Positions 49,017 to 63,438 of a stretch of DNA of 64,000 nt are shown here, in pieces (position 1 is the first letter of the stretch; each line of letters starts with the position of its first letter). This DNA comes from Cirrosporium novae-zelandiae (taxonomy: Eukaryota). The translations under genes were made by a program, and so were the position numbers. A model generated the notes under the pieces. It had not been told where the DNA came from. It searched no databases and saw nothing but the letters and a program-made list of their open reading frames with translations. Location of the stretch: assembly GCA_026023565.1 (NCBI GenBank), contig JAPETS010000011.1:682001-746000 (forward strand), in the 5' to 3' direction.

Positions 49017-51152
49017 AAAGTAGGGTGAGATGATGATGAAATGGATGAGCTAATGCAACTTTGGGCTCCTGGGGAGTGCGGGGAAGATCAATCAATTATG
49101 AATGGTAGCGATAGTCTAGGGTTTCCGTTTGGTTCAAGTTGTCGTTCGTTATTATCAGCTTATGAAGAGGAGGGTTACCAATATCATCAAATCGATTTTG
49201 AAATATAGGATGTGATATCTGTTGTAAGCGACAGAATAAGAATAGATACAATCATTTCGTACCTATGATATATTGTTCCTTTGATATCAATCCACAATCT
49301 CGGAGATAGCATACCCACATAGACTATCTTCCACAAGGTCATTGTTTAGCGCGATGTGGATCACTTCTCCTTGCACTACCCCACAACAATACTGAGCTCG
49401 ATCCTAGGACTTAACATTAGCCACACAATATACAGGTATCACAGCCTCACCTCCTATCTTGGTAACCTGAATAAGTCAAGCAAGCCACGGGTTTCAACTA
49501 AGCGCTTGCACCTTATCTCCTGAATCCTAAATTCCAAGCCAAGTTGGTGGATTATAGAATCAAACGGCTCGGAGGTATGCAATTGTTCGTGTAGCAACGG
49601 CTGGAGAGTGAGGAGGTTTGCCGTGGGGATCTTCTGTGGAAGGAGTAGAATCATGGATGTTTGAGATCCTTTCATGGGATCATGATAACGATGATGTGTG
49701 CACAATATGTATGTATCATAAACAACAACAACAAAAAAACATCACATGTATCTCCCTCAGCAAACGTTACCAAGTGAAAAGCAAGTCCTTCGACCGACCA
49801 AGGGGTTCGTTTCTTCCCGCGTGTTTGATTCCAAATCAAATATAATTGTAAAGTAATCAGAAATAAGATGGAAAAGATATATATCTATTCATAGTATAAA
49901 AATATCATATAAAACGAAGATCTTATTTGCCCCCCCACTGTTTTTTTTTCGGGAAGAACCTTCGACGCCACAACAAACTGTGGCAAGATAACTGCAATAT
50001 CTCTTTAACTCCGATTGTATTCAAACCCGTTTCTCCGCTGGCTGGGGGGTAGATATTCGGACTAGGCATTGAACTTGGCAACGGCGGCATGAAAGCACAG
50101 GGTTTAATGCTTATCTTGCATGTGGGGGGTTACAGTACCTTTCAAACGCTCATCTCCTGTTTTCTGGGCAAAGCTTGGTATTAATTTTATATGTACACCC
50201 ATGACAAGCTATTGGTTGCATCATCATCATCATCATCATCACTATTTAGGGGTTATCATGGATTCGTCCTTGAATGGAGGTCTGGAGTTAGATTAGATGA
50301 CAAATATCCATAAAAGCAATGTGATTTTCAACAAGGACAAAGCATGAAATGAGAAAGTGTACCTTGTCATACTGGCAATTGGTAGCTAGGTGGTAGATAG
50401 GTGGAGAATCTTAGGTGAATATCATCAAGGTGTAATTGGAATGTTTGCCTATTCAGCAAACAGCTTCATACCTCAGGTATCGAATTAGAGAAGTATACAG
50501 TCTACTGAAAATCCATGTCTCATCCTGCCAAGTCTGAACTCAGGAGGAAAGAGGAAAGGATTTTAAATATTGAACAAAATTATGTTTAATGCATCAGGTA
50601 AAAGTAGATAGGTGGTATGCATGCTTATGCTTAGTTCATTACATATGCCCGTTCTCATGTTGTCCGAACATCCTGAGGGGTGTATGACTTTTTCATCAGA
50701 TGGGTCTGTCGCGTTTTTGTTGTGCAGACAGCCTTTATATACAAAAACAACCAACAGCAACAATTGCAGTAGTAATTTAAAAAAAAATGAATATGCTTAC
50801 GAGATAAGATCAAGGAGAATAAAAAACGCCAACCCGATATCTATGCATAGCTTGCCTGCTTTGTCCGATCAATGAGCTGATAAGAGCAACAATTATAAAG
50901 AGCTTCACAATAATGTCGTAAGGAAACGCTTGCAGGTGCCTCCCAGCTAACAAAACAAAAGATTCCCATTAAACACACATATACACACACGGCGCCGAGC
51001 TAACATTAGAAGACATCCAAACCGTCCCGGGTTATTTGTTTGTTTCTTTTCTCCGACAAAGACAAGTCGAACGAAACAATGCACCATCAACCATGATGAG
51101 AAAAACCATAAAAGTAAATGAAGAAAGGATTGAATCGGCCATGTACGGAAGG

Positions 51153-54100
51153 TTAAGGTTTCGACAGCTGTTCCTTCCTGAAAAATGCAAAGCACAAGAA
51201 ACAGATAGAGAGCTGGCACAGCAACGCGATCCAGAACCAGGGATACGAAAGTCCTGGATACCATCCCAGGCCAAAGTTTGGAAAAACGGTTCCTGGACCG
51301 AGGTTATCAGGAGCGATGGCGCGGGCGAGGATGGTGGCGATAGAACCGAGGACTTGGGCTGCGATGAGCACAAAGGAAATGTGAAAGCGTGTCAGCGTGT
51401 GCAGGAGAATCATGCCAAAGCCGACACCCTGTAACGAGTCTAGGACACCAAGCCAACACCATAGCATTCGGCCTAGGATCGCACCCGTGGTAAGACTTGA
51501 GGCCCATGGCACATACTCGCCAACTCCAGAAACACCCCATAGCATTTGGGCCCATCGAGGGGCACCAAGGCCAATGGCGAATATAGGAATGATCCAAGAG
51601 TGACTGGTGGACAGAAAGCTGAGGATCCAAAGCATTGCGGCCCAGACACCGACGAAAAAAACGAGGATGAGGATGACTATTTGCCAGGCAGAGGTATGGG
51701 CGCTGGACCAAAGATAGAGCCAGTTGCGACCGTAGGGGGCGGAGAGCCAGAAATTCTGGATGATGACCATTAGGAAGAACCACTGCCGAGTTGTGTTAGC
51801 GTCAGGGGGAAAATGAGGTCAAGGAATATACAAACATCAATGACTTTACGACGAAGCAACGACATGTAAAATGATGGTACTTTGCCGGGTGCTTGACGGT
51901 AATAGGTCGGGAGACCTAAATAGACGAGTGCGCCAGATCCCCACATCAAGAATGCGACAAGAACTCCAATAAGTGTCATGGCAACCGGATGAGTTTCGAC
52001 TAATGTTGCTGTTACTCCGTTCTCCGAAGCCTTGGTCAGATCAGAACCCCACCACCATAGCATGGCTATATAGAGCTGTTGTGTTCCCTGAACAATACAG
52101 CTTCGGAAAACCCATTTCGTTACAGCAGAGCCACCTATGAGGAATTAGTATCACAGTGGTCAATAAGCGCCGGATGAAGCCTTACCTTCGTCACCGAAGT
52201 TGAGAGCAAAAAAGAAAGACCCGCTGGATGACGCCGCTGCATAAAACCCGGATCCAAAATTTTGAATTGTCCCTCTTGATCCTGAGCTGCTCGCAAAGGG
52301 AGCCATGCCAATGAAGAAAAATCCAATGCCGTAAAATATGAATGGCGCTGATAAAACGTAAACAGAAGAGAACCTGCGATACACCCACCACCAGATAACG
52401 GAAAAGATGGCATAGATCGTGGCGATGACATATAACTTTGACGCAGCTTCACCGATTTCGCCAGATAGCAACGTGATTTGATAAGAATTCGCCGCAATAA
52501 TTTGCCCCTGAGTAGATCAGTTAGCCCTGTGGTCATGTAACGGATGAAATGGTTACTTACAAAGCTGAGAAGGATGGAGTAGTATGGCCAATCACCGAGT
52601 TTGCGCTGGAGGAATTTCTTCAGCCCAGTTGGCGGAACATAAGACTCGCTGAGCTGAAACTGCGCCATAGGACCTCTCTCTGCATCCACAGGCGAATCCG
52701 AGTCGTCACTCGCCGCAAACGAGGGCCTATGCTCGGAATGTCTCTTCATTCGCAATACCGATGGCGCAGGACTAGTGGCAGGTGATTTACCGAGCTTGAG
52801 ATCTCGATATCGGTTATACCAATCCTTTTCACTCTTTGCCAAGAACTCTTCAATACATAATGCATCCTCGGAGTTCTTGGCATTGAGATCGGTTAGTTTA
52901 ATTTTAAATACCTTGGCATATTCCTTGTTCTGATCTGTGAAGAATGGATCGACCTGTTGCAACTTATAATCCTTTTTGTCACCAACGACGCTGTCCAGAC
53001 TGAGAATAGAACTTGTGCTAGCCGTTCGTCTTCTCAACGCAGGGGCAGATGGAGGTAAGAGCGTATCTTCAAAGCCACCTAACGGCGGTGTGTCGAGGTA
53101 ATCAGCTTGGGCGCCGTAATTGGGAGTGAGTGGACCGGAATTTTGCGGGGAGGAGAAGCCACCGAAAGGAGTGCCTGGGGCAGACAGATTTGGGGATCCT
53201 GTTGTCGTTGGAACAGTTTTGTAGCCGCTGCCGCCAGAGGTTCCGCCCATTGTAAGACCATCATCTTCTTCGTCTTCGTCTTCGTCCTCCTCTTCGTTAT
53301 TCGGGGTACGAGCACTATCGACAGAAAGGAACGAGTTTGTAACACCTGAATGACCACTACGGCGTTGAAGCTTCTTCCGTCCTCGTGGCATGTGTCCAGG
53401 GCCTCGACTACTACTTCTGACATCGTCTGTGATTGCAGTTGGAGGGCGAATTTCTTCTCTGCCTCTAACCGGACTCGAGGGGCGGGTACCTGTGGGGGTG
53501 TTGACAGCACTACTTCTGATCGAGTTGATAAAGGAAGTCCCGAAAGCTTTGGAGGCAGGTCTCGAGTGTTTATTGTGTTCCTTGATTGCGGTGTCTTGAA
53601 GGATCATCAAATCTTCCACCCACTGGGCTACAGGAAACCTTTGCTTGGCAGATCTGGCTCTCATCATAGCACGATCCTCAGTCTTCGACTTCAAGGAATC
53701 ATGAATTGCTTCCTTGAATTGCCGAAGCATATGTTTGGTAGTCGTTGATTCGATAGTGTACCACCAGCCTGGCATTTGACCCAAACCACCAACTCGGGCT
53801 CCTACACCCAAAGCACCTTTACGGCCAAACTCAACAGCAACTAAACCGAAAGGTTCGTCACGAGACGGAATCAAAGCAAATTCGGCTCCACTAAAGATAT
53901 AAGGAGGCAAAGCTGTGAATTCTGGTTTTGAAAATACTCTTCCAGGGTATACTTCCATCATTTTGTCGAGTTTGATTGCAGCGAATCTGCCGTACAAATC
54001 AATGACTGGTCCAACGCATATTAATTGAGTCTCTGGGTATTCTTCAAGGACTTGTGGGAAAACATCAGCAATCAAGTCAACACCTTTTTGCATAGACCAT

Positions 54101-57100
54101 CTCCCGACAAAAACAAAGAGATCGGCTTTGGGATTGACAGTAAGGTTGGCCCATTCTTGAGCTTGTCGTCTTAAATCACCCCGTCCAGCTTCAAAGGCTG
54201 GATCAATATGAACATCGGCTTGGTTATGTAGGTATTCTTCTTTGTTCCATTCGGCAGTATCGGAGGGATCAGGGTTGGGCAGTGCACCAATTTCCTTCAG
54301 TCCCCAAAAGATTGGATATCTTGCCCACGAGCGCTTACCGTATTTCTTTGATACACCAACCGCACCAAATCCTTGTTGGTGCACTCTCAAGTAGCTAGCA
54401 CCGGCATGTAGAAGGTTGAAAACATCTCCAAACTGTACATATTTTTTCACGATATCGGGATCAAGGTTAAATATCTGACATACCTCCATTCGCTCGGTTG
54501 CGGTTCGCATTGGCCAAAGACCTTGGAATTCAGCGTTATGCAATGATAGAGCACATGGGATGGTCCTTGGGAGAAGGTAGAGAGGTGCAACTGCTCCGTG
54601 GTAATCGTTGATATGGTAGAGGTCAACTTCGGGGAATCGGTTGATGGTTTGTGCGATACACTGGTTCCACGCAGAATAATAGACAGCGCTATCCAAGTCG
54701 TCCATTCTAGGAGGATACGGTTCGGCTTTACTTTGCTGGCGGAAGATTGGAGCATCCAAGATTACGTAAGTGATATTGCGGAGTTTGTGATACTGGACTG
54801 AGATGTTATAACTTGTACCAAGTACCACAACTTCCATAGGATCTGCTCGTTCGTCAATAGGATAGTCTATGCCTCCAACAGACGGAATAACCCAAATCAA
54901 GTCTTGGTGACTAAGATTTGCGCCCATGAGTTGAGCCATGACACCAAGTCCGCCGATTTTCACCTTGATACCCCAGTCAGAAATATCGTACTCCATAGTC
55001 GCGATTAAGACAGTCCGACGATTAGGAGCTCCAGCATCTTGTGCAAGCGCATTAGGGGTACCCATGGGTGGAGGGGCAACAGGTTGACGAGGCTTTGGTG
55101 AAAGAGGAACTAGATCGGCAGCACTTTTCGCAAAACGTTCCTTGAGCGGCAAGAAGCCCTCTGAGATTCCATGTTTTCCCATAAAGTCCTTGATAATAGA
55201 AGTCTTTTCACTAGTTCCGAACTCATTGAACTTCACTTGATAGAACGATTTCATGAAGAGCCATACGCAGAGACTTGCGGTTGTGATGGGGATAAGAGCC
55301 AAAAAGATGGCGAGAATGATTTGGTTGGCTTTAGAACCAATACCAGTCATGGTATAGCTAAACGAGTGATCGCTAACGATGATTCTGAATCCTAGATGGC
55401 TTCCCGAGGGTCGTTTAACTTCGATTACATTATCCACAAGGGATTGGGCAGGAAGCCGATCAAGAATCCCATCATTATCCACATCGCCATATTGTCGGGT
55501 CGAGTCGGGCTTGCCATCAGGATTCACACCCCATGCATTAAGAGAAATATTCGCAGGCCATTCGGTCATAAAATCGATTTTCCAAGTGTTGTTGTCCGAC
55601 AATGTGAGTTGATTAGCTAGTCCGGCGTCGTATCCAAATTCATTGAAGTCGCCTTCTACCCAAAGATTTGGGAATTGACGCGAATAACGCTTCTGACCAT
55701 CTACAAAATAGTCGCCGTGCTGGTAGTGATCACTGGATCCAGAAATCCGACTCCAATATTGAACTATAACGTGCTGACCTTCCCAGGCTTGGGCCGAAGT
55801 CCCAGTCCAATTCCTAGGTGCCAAAGTATCATTGCCCCCTGAGTAATGCATCCAGTCACTATAGGTAGTGCCAAAGTTGAGTGAGTATCGCCACAGGTCA
55901 GCCCCAGGGGCACTATGAGTTACAGTATAGCTTCCATTAGATTCTTTGTTAAGGAGTGACCAGCTATAGTTGGCGCTCTTCGGGAAAACCATTGGGTTAT
56001 CTATTGTCCCAATGCGAATTATGAAGTGATCGACAGAATTAGTATAGCTATCTCCATCGCTCGTCGAGACATTGTTAATCGTAAGTTTGTGGATACCCTG
56101 ATATACTTCAGTAAGATTTGCACGGTAGTAATATAGAGACGGCCTTTCTGCGTTGTAAGTTTGTGAGTCGTTGGCGGTGATTGACCCACACGTTACCGTT
56201 GACGTATCCAAGGTGGCATTCACGCCCACTTCCGTGGTGGAATTTATGGAAATGTTATTGGTAATATCATCGCAGGACATTTCGTCGGAAAATTCGATTT
56301 CAATCTCGAATGACTCTCCGGTATCAACTGTCGACAGCTTACGGAAATCATGGCCAGGCGAGAAACCTGTTAAGACCGGCGATGGCGATACAAACTTTTT
56401 CTTTGGCACAAAGGCCTTGTATCCCCAATGTCTAAGCTCCAAAGAGGAAAGGCAGCCATTATAGTCGGAGGACCCGTCTAAGCCAAGCTTAACTGTGCTT
56501 GCTTCCAATGTATACTCATCATATGGGTAGAAAAGATTTTTGACCGTGGTTCCTTTTGCGAATGGGGAAATTAGCGCATCGGTTTCGTTGGAGCAGTCAA
56601 ATGTATAGTTGACTGTTTTGTTGTCGTTCTGATAAACAAGCCAAACACTTTGATTGCCTTGTCCAGTACCTGTGAAATCTTGAATGCCTTCCCAACGTGC
56701 TCGGAGAACACTCCACATGCCAGTTTCTGTTTCAGTGCCATTACTCCCTGGGAGAAAGACTTGATAGGTCTTGTTGGAAAGTTGTTGGAGATAAAGTCCG
56801 TCCTGGATAACAGGATAGTTATCACGGAGTTCGAACATGTGCTTTAAAATGTTTCTCAACGGGTGCGTGGAATCGCGATGATCCAGACTGATGTTGTCAT
56901 CCAGACACCCATAAAGACTTTTCTCGATGGGGAAATTCTTGTATTTCGAGGAACCCATTTTATAGCATCCATGAATTTGCCATGCCTGCGCTGAGGAAAA
57001 GGGAGAACGCCCGTAAACATAATTGGCGGCCTGACTGTCCAGGACATAGAAGTTTTGCTCTTCTCCCCATGAAAGGGTCGGGATTCCAGGTATAAGCAGG

Positions 57101-58703
57101 GAAACAACATAAAGGCCTAACATCTGTTTATGTGTACCGTTTTTGATTCCAGGCCAACGGAAAACATCCTGATTTGTAACACCAATCATATGGCGGGGGT
57201 CAATTACACCAGTGTTCGCATTTATCATATCATTAGTTGAAAGTAGGTCATTCCAGCCGTCGACCCAGTTAACTGACGTATCATACTCTGCAGCATAGAT
57301 ACCGTCCATCCTATAACGCAATGTTAGCCGGATAAGCTGGTCACAGATGATGCAGGTGAAGTTACCCAAGAAATCTAGTCATAGCCCGATAAACAGAATA
57401 GTGGAAAGCCGCGGCGTCAAGAGCTTGTTTCCCTTCATCGCGAATCACATATTGATCCAAGTTCTTGGACTCATTAGTCATCAGAATAGCCTTTGTGATA
57501 TTCGTAACTTTATGGTTTGGTTGCTTTCCTCTTCCGACGTAGATAGAGGCGAAGGAGTTACTGGCGACCATTTCGCCGGGGATGAAGAAATTGTCCTTGC
57601 CTAATTTACGGGCGCACGTTCGAATTGCATCAGACCACTCGCCCTGGGCATCGACGGTGACTTGTAGGGCCTTATCGATACGATAACCATCAAAATCCAA
57701 CATTGCTATTGCAATGCATGAAAAGCGTTCGAGCTTTAGCCTCACATCAGTTCTCCATTCTCTAAGACGATCTTGAACGAAAGCGAATTTGGATATTTGA
57801 CGTTGCCATTCACCATAGTCACCAAAAGCAGCAATTTCTCCATACTGGTCAAATTCGCTCTCGCGGCATCCAACTAGGTAATTAGTAAGGTTATTTTGAC
57901 GGTAACCATCGTCTTGCCAAAACCTTGGATATTCACAACTGTCAAGCCACTTATTCGACGGTTCAAAATCAAGATAACGACGACTAGTTTTCCAGACATA
58001 GTCGTGTTCTTTGGGAGAGAATGGAGTAGAAGCGTTCAGATAACCTTTGAAACCGATCAAGTCACCCATGCTTTGATCCGTTAGTCTCAACTTTTATAGA
58101 CCTGGGATATATATACGTACGTGGACATGGTGTTATCGAATATAACATACATCCCCCGATCATGGATTGCAGTAATGGCATCTCTCCAGTCATTGATATT
58201 GCCAAAATGTTCATCGAGAAGAGTCAGGTCCAAGGGACTGTATCCGTCGGAGGCCCAAGGCTGGTTGATCCTACATCTTTTTAGCATACCACTTCCAGTT
58301 TCGGATGGTTGGATTCATACATTGGACTCCCAGCGAGATATATTCCTTTGATACCAAATCCTTGAAGATAGTCCAATGAGTCTATCAGTCCACGAACGTC
58401 GCCTCCATGGCGAAGCTGGTTCGCTAGAATATCATGTTCGAATTGTGTGCCATTTGCATCATCATTTGCGGGATCTCCATTCACATATCGGTCGAGAAAA
58501 AGGGTATAGAATGGCATTCGCCAGTTTTTTGGTGAGGGTGTATAGTCATGATCGGCCCATTCGCCCCAGTAGTCGACAGGATCCGTTGCAGTTTTGTTTT
58601 GATTGAGATTGTATTCTTTATATTGTGCATCGTAGCGAAGGGAGTTGACGGTGCCTGCGAACAATAGGGTTAACCAGCCGCAAAAAATTAAAGGCTTCTT
58701 CAT
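51153..58703 (-). CDS. AGS1: Alpha-1,3-glucan synthase (signal peptide, GH13-like extracellular domain, GT5-like intracellular domain, C-terminal multi-TM domain)
   Basis: WRMPFYTLFLDRYVNGDP, DGYRIDKA, MEYDISDWGIKVKIGGLGVMAQL, FVGRWSMQKGVDLI, PSRDEPFGLVAVEFG, FFALNFGDEG; ends FFRKEQLSKP. About six short introns. Confidence 0.97.
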
Positions 58704-60122
58704 ATTTTCTGGCGCTTGTACTCCAAGTCACCAGGTTCTCCGCCTTTAATGAGGACTTCCGGAGTTGTCAAAATATTAATAACGAGGGAACGATTGACAA
58801 CTGTGGCTGTTCTCCATAGAAAGAGCGTGAGTAGAGATGCTAAAAGTGTTTAGGTGGATGCCAAACGAGAGGAATGGAAAAAGAACAAGGGAGGATCTGG
58901 CACAACAGTAAGCGCAGGATAGATTCAGCCCAGTAAGAATGGTGTCGAGTTGCAAGTTGAGAACAGAAGGAGGAGAAAACTGCTCCTACGTAAGGACGAA
59001 GCTGAAGGTGGTGGCAGTGGTACCGTGGCAGGCTCACCAAATAAGGCTAATGCAAAGGTAGAAGCCGGAGCATAGCCCATACGCAGTCTCCATGCAAGAG
59101 CCATTAATATCCTTCGAACACTTTGGTTTTTGACGGGGACCTCCAAGCTTGAAGCACGGACCCGAATAGATCCCAGAGATCGGATATCCCACGAGATAGG
59201 ACGCCATCAGAAGTCTGCCCTAACCATAGGGGTCAAAGTATACCCTCCCACAATTAGCCATCCAGAACTACTTTATCGAGACCAGGCTTCCTGTTTAAGG
59301 CCAGTCAACCAGCAATTTCGGTTCTCACTGGATATCTCTGATCTAGCCCTAGGGCTTATTACAATTTTGAGGTGGACGGATATGCCGACGGTGGCATTGG
59401 CATCAAATCTGGCTGACAACCGGGGGGGGGAGAGGTTTAACTTCAGGCGAGGAGATGCCTTGGGAGCCCTGTTGGGTGAGCATCTAGAAAGAAGCCAGCT
59501 TCATAAAGTTCCGGGGGTTGTGTTCCTGGGTAGTAAGCATATTTTACTCTGTTTCTTAAAGTAGCAACAATACACCATAATTAGTGCCGGTATTGAATCG
59601 AACAAGAGGCAGGTTTTGAAGGTAACGACAGCAAGGGTGGACCAACTGCAAAGCAGAGCAGCAATGACACAGCAGATTTACCAAGGGATCCAGGGGGTGA
59701 GATAGGTGGGAAAGATGGGAGCATGATGATAATGCCTGCGTACAGCAGCTTGTTTGAGCTGCAAGTCTGGGCCTGCAACCATTCTAAGGATAGAATTGTT
59801 ACTGCAGGGTAGGAATCCACTTTTCTTTGTTTTTTTTTATGTTCTGAATCCCCACCATCCATGCCACACCTTTCTACACATCGAGGTTTGAGGGCGGCTA
59901 GGTTAGAAAGGATTAAGTAAGTTGTCGGCTAAGAAACACGCGAATTGTGTATTGATTTCCTGTCTTGGAAGATAATGCAAAATATTCGACAGATGATTGG
60001 AGAGGTGGAGCGTTAGGAGCATTACACAAGTTGATTCTTTGGTCATCTCAAGAGGTTGGGTTGATAGAGTAGAACTTGGATCAGTATGGGCTGTACATAG
60101 GCTGGAGGCGGAAGGGCTTGGC

Positions 60123-60148
60123 GGGGGGGGGGGGGGGGGGGGGGGGGG
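60123..60148 (+). repeat. Poly-G tract (26 G)
   Basis: Read directly from the sequence. Confidence 0.9.
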
Positions 60149-61158
60149 ATTTAATTAGTGGGTGGGTTATTCTACCAATTAAGGCATCAATTAAGCCCTA
60201 GAGGTAAATGGTAGGTTGAAGACAAAGGCAACTTGTGCTGTGTTCCGTGTCATCCATGTATAATTTTTAATCTGAAAATGACCATGATCCTTGTTGATTC
60301 ATTCTTCGTGCTGGTCATATCCCTGTATGATTTTCTTCTTCCGTTGCCCTGAACACCCCCCAACCCTAGAACTAGACTACGATAAGTTTGTTTCTGACTT
60401 TCCAGCCACTTCCAAGTTCGACTTAGTTCGTTCCTCAATAAGGTTAGTTATCTTTCAAGTTTAAACTCTCAAACCTTTCCAAACTTTCCACTTTCCAGTT
60501 TTCAAAACCAAACCTTCAATCCTTTGACTTCAACCCCCTTGGCCCTTGGCCCTTAAAAGACCACAAGTTACCAACTTAAAAAAAAAATACGAGCTCGTAT
60601 TTTGTATGTACCGATAGGGGACTTGGTCAATCATCTCTCGAACAGACCCTCCTTTAAGCCTCCCCCCCCCTCTCCCCCTCTTCGTAGGATCAGCCGAAAA
60701 TCATAGTATGGATTTCTTTTGGAGATAATCAGATTGACCTAAACTCTGACAAGCCTCTGCTGAAAAAGCCAGTGATTGCCTCCAACCTTCAATCTTCAAC
60801 GTCCTATATCCAAAATATTCATACGTGTAGTGTATTGTAAATACTCTATTTGACCTCGGGAATAAAACAATAATAATTAGATATCTATCTGTTCGGCACT
60901 GACGACAAATAAAAAAAAATGACAAAAAGCCAGCGTTTCAACAATTGGAGACAAGTCGAAATGTGGAAATTTAAGCGATGGCTTGCGTGGACCGTGTTTT
61001 GAAAGAATTATTGCGCGATAGGCGAATACTTTGTTCCGATAAGCCTCCAGTTGGCCTCCAATCTTCAAGACATATTAAGTTAATAGCCATGTTAAGCACC
61101 ATGCGTATTGTCCAAAGGTGAAATAATTAATTACAAATAAACCATAGGGAGAAGAAGG

Positions 61159-61201
61159 AATAGGGAAAATAGGGAAAATAGGGAAAATAGGGAAAATAGG
61201 G
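61159..61201. repeat. 9-bp tandem repeat (AATAGGGAA), about 4.7 copies
   Basis: Read directly from the sequence. Confidence 0.85.
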
Positions 61202-62044
61202 ACAATAGATAGGGACTTGTTCGAATTTCCATCCCCAGGCTTGCATAATCTTTTCATTTCCTTTCTCTTCTTTACCACAGTAACAACATTCATCCATAAC
61301 AGTGGACCTGGATACGATACTTAACCCTCGTAATTAGGTCATATCACGTTCCTCGTTCCTACAAGTAGGTTCCTAGGTGCCTCCCAAATCAAAATATTAC
61401 GAATGGTCCACCTGTCAGCTCGGAAGGAAAAAATAGAAACTTGACGATCCCAAGAAAATGAGGTATTGATGGTTGGAGTCATTTGACTGACACTTGGCAA
61501 ATAATAAGCCCAAAATAATAATAAATAAGGCTGAGGGCAAAGGATCATTGAGGTTTTCCCGACATCCCATCCCGTTGCCTTTTTTCCCAGTCCCTCCCAC
61601 CTCCCTTTCCCTCGAACCTTGACAACGTTGTAACAGTAACTGAAAGTACTGAGTAAACCTTTATTTAATAAAGTTGAAAGTGTAAGCTGTTGATACTCGT
61701 TTGATTGGTTTCAACCTTTTTTTTTTCGCCATGTGTGATGTTGTCTGTCGGTTGTTATCATTTTTGTTGCATCGACATCTTTTCGTTACAGTTACAGGTA
61801 CAATTATCAGAATTTATTCTCCTTCCTTTCTTACTCCCATGGAAGGTTACTGCTGATTGACAGGACAGGCACGCAGCTGACAGGCACAAAAAGGAAATTT
61901 TGTGTGGAAACAAAACTTTATGCAACTGACTCTCTAGTTGCTTACATCTTTGGTATCCTGGAGTAACATTCCAAGATTGGGCAAGTTGGGCGAAGTTGGG
62001 CGAAGTTGGGTGAGCCAGTCCACCCACTCAACCATGACAGAATA

Positions 62045-62086
62045 ATGGTGATGATGATGGTGATGGTGGTAGTGATGATGATGATG

Positions 62087-62121
<35 letters not shown>
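62045..62121. repeat. (GAT)n-(CAT)n trinucleotide microsatellite with an inverted junction
   Basis: A TGATGATGATGATGA run abuts a (TCA)n run at 62087/62088. Confidence 0.9.
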
Positions 62122-62812
62122 GTAAACTTGTGTGTGAATACGAGGTGTTGAGAGCTAAGCGCCCACGCAACTCCAAGAGCGGTCTATGGCACTTTTCAAG
62201 TGCAGTGGAATTCTTACGAAGGATTGAATAATGCGAGGGTATTAATACTTTTTTTATTCTGACAGTGGGGTAACTTGACTACTTAATTCAAGTAGTCGAC
62301 TAAGCTCAACCAGAAAATTTGTCAAGTCGGCAAAACCGTGGCATGTTTTAAATGTCGACAGAATAAATAATCTTAGCGTAGGAATTGCAGGCTGATCAGG
62401 TCTCCCTCCCCCAAATGATCTGAGGAGAAGCCTCCGCCAAGCCCAACTACCAGCCAGCATTTCTTGGAACTTCAAACATCCCCCCCCCCCCCCCAAACAA
62501 ATATACAAGTGATATCCCGTAAACCAGAGACTCTCTATGCGTGATTCCTCTTTGCATGGCGGATCAACTGAACTTGATAACCTGACTTCCCTTTTATTAA
62601 CTAATCTGATCCTTCAAATTTCTAATTACCCTTCCCACAAGTCAGCTTCAAACATCTTTCTAGTCTCTGTTGACCCTCATCTCAGTGTTGTTTCCTTCTC
62701 GTTAGTCAGAAGAGAATCAACTGATTATAGACGCTGTTACCAGAGGCAATGACTAATAACCAAAGGTTACTCTCGTCAGCTTGATATTTCTTTGGCTTGT
62801 TTATGGCTTCTC

Positions 62813-62933
62813 AGCCATCCGCCATATATTTTCTATACCCATTCAAATCGATCCCAAGTTACGCCATCAAGCCATCCGTCACATATTTTCCATGCCTATT
62901 CAAGTCAATTTCAAATTACGCCATCAAGCCATC
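62813..62933. repeat. 57-bp tandem duplication (about 2.1 copies)
   Basis: Units start AGCCATC at 62813, 62870 and 62927; 47 of 57 positions are identical by manual alignment. Confidence 0.9.
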
Positions 62934-63438
62934 TCGACAAAACGGCACGAATAGATTGCTCGGGATACCGATTTCTGTACACAGCCCAAGATCCGGGGAG
63001 TCTGAATACTCCAAACTTAGGAAAGTCCAGTAAAAATCTTCCAGTTTCAGATTTCAAGCTTCAAAGATCCTATCAACTTCTTGCAAGCATCCTTCATGTA
63101 AATATTTAGAAAGGGTTATTGCCAGTTATGACCATCTATATGATAGCTCAAATGGCAGCTTCTGCTACTTTCAGAGAGTTTCTCCGCCCATCATGCCGAC
63201 TTTTATTCTTTTGCTGCTCAATATGGGATGTGAAAGCGTTTTGGGACCATTTAATGATCATGTGTTGAATTTGGATTTTGATATATTACTATCGCTTTAA
63301 TCATAGGCAGTATAAGGCTCCCGTTGTGACCGGCAATGGCATGTCATCCTACCGTTGTGCCTTCTTTCTATCTTTACTATATAATAAAGTTCAGCAAGTG
63401 TCTTCGTTCATGATATTTCTTCTCTCATAAAATTTGCA

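Noticed and set aside
61934..62176. ORF with poly-Asp/poly-His
   Set aside because: A translation artefact of the GAT/CAT microsatellite.
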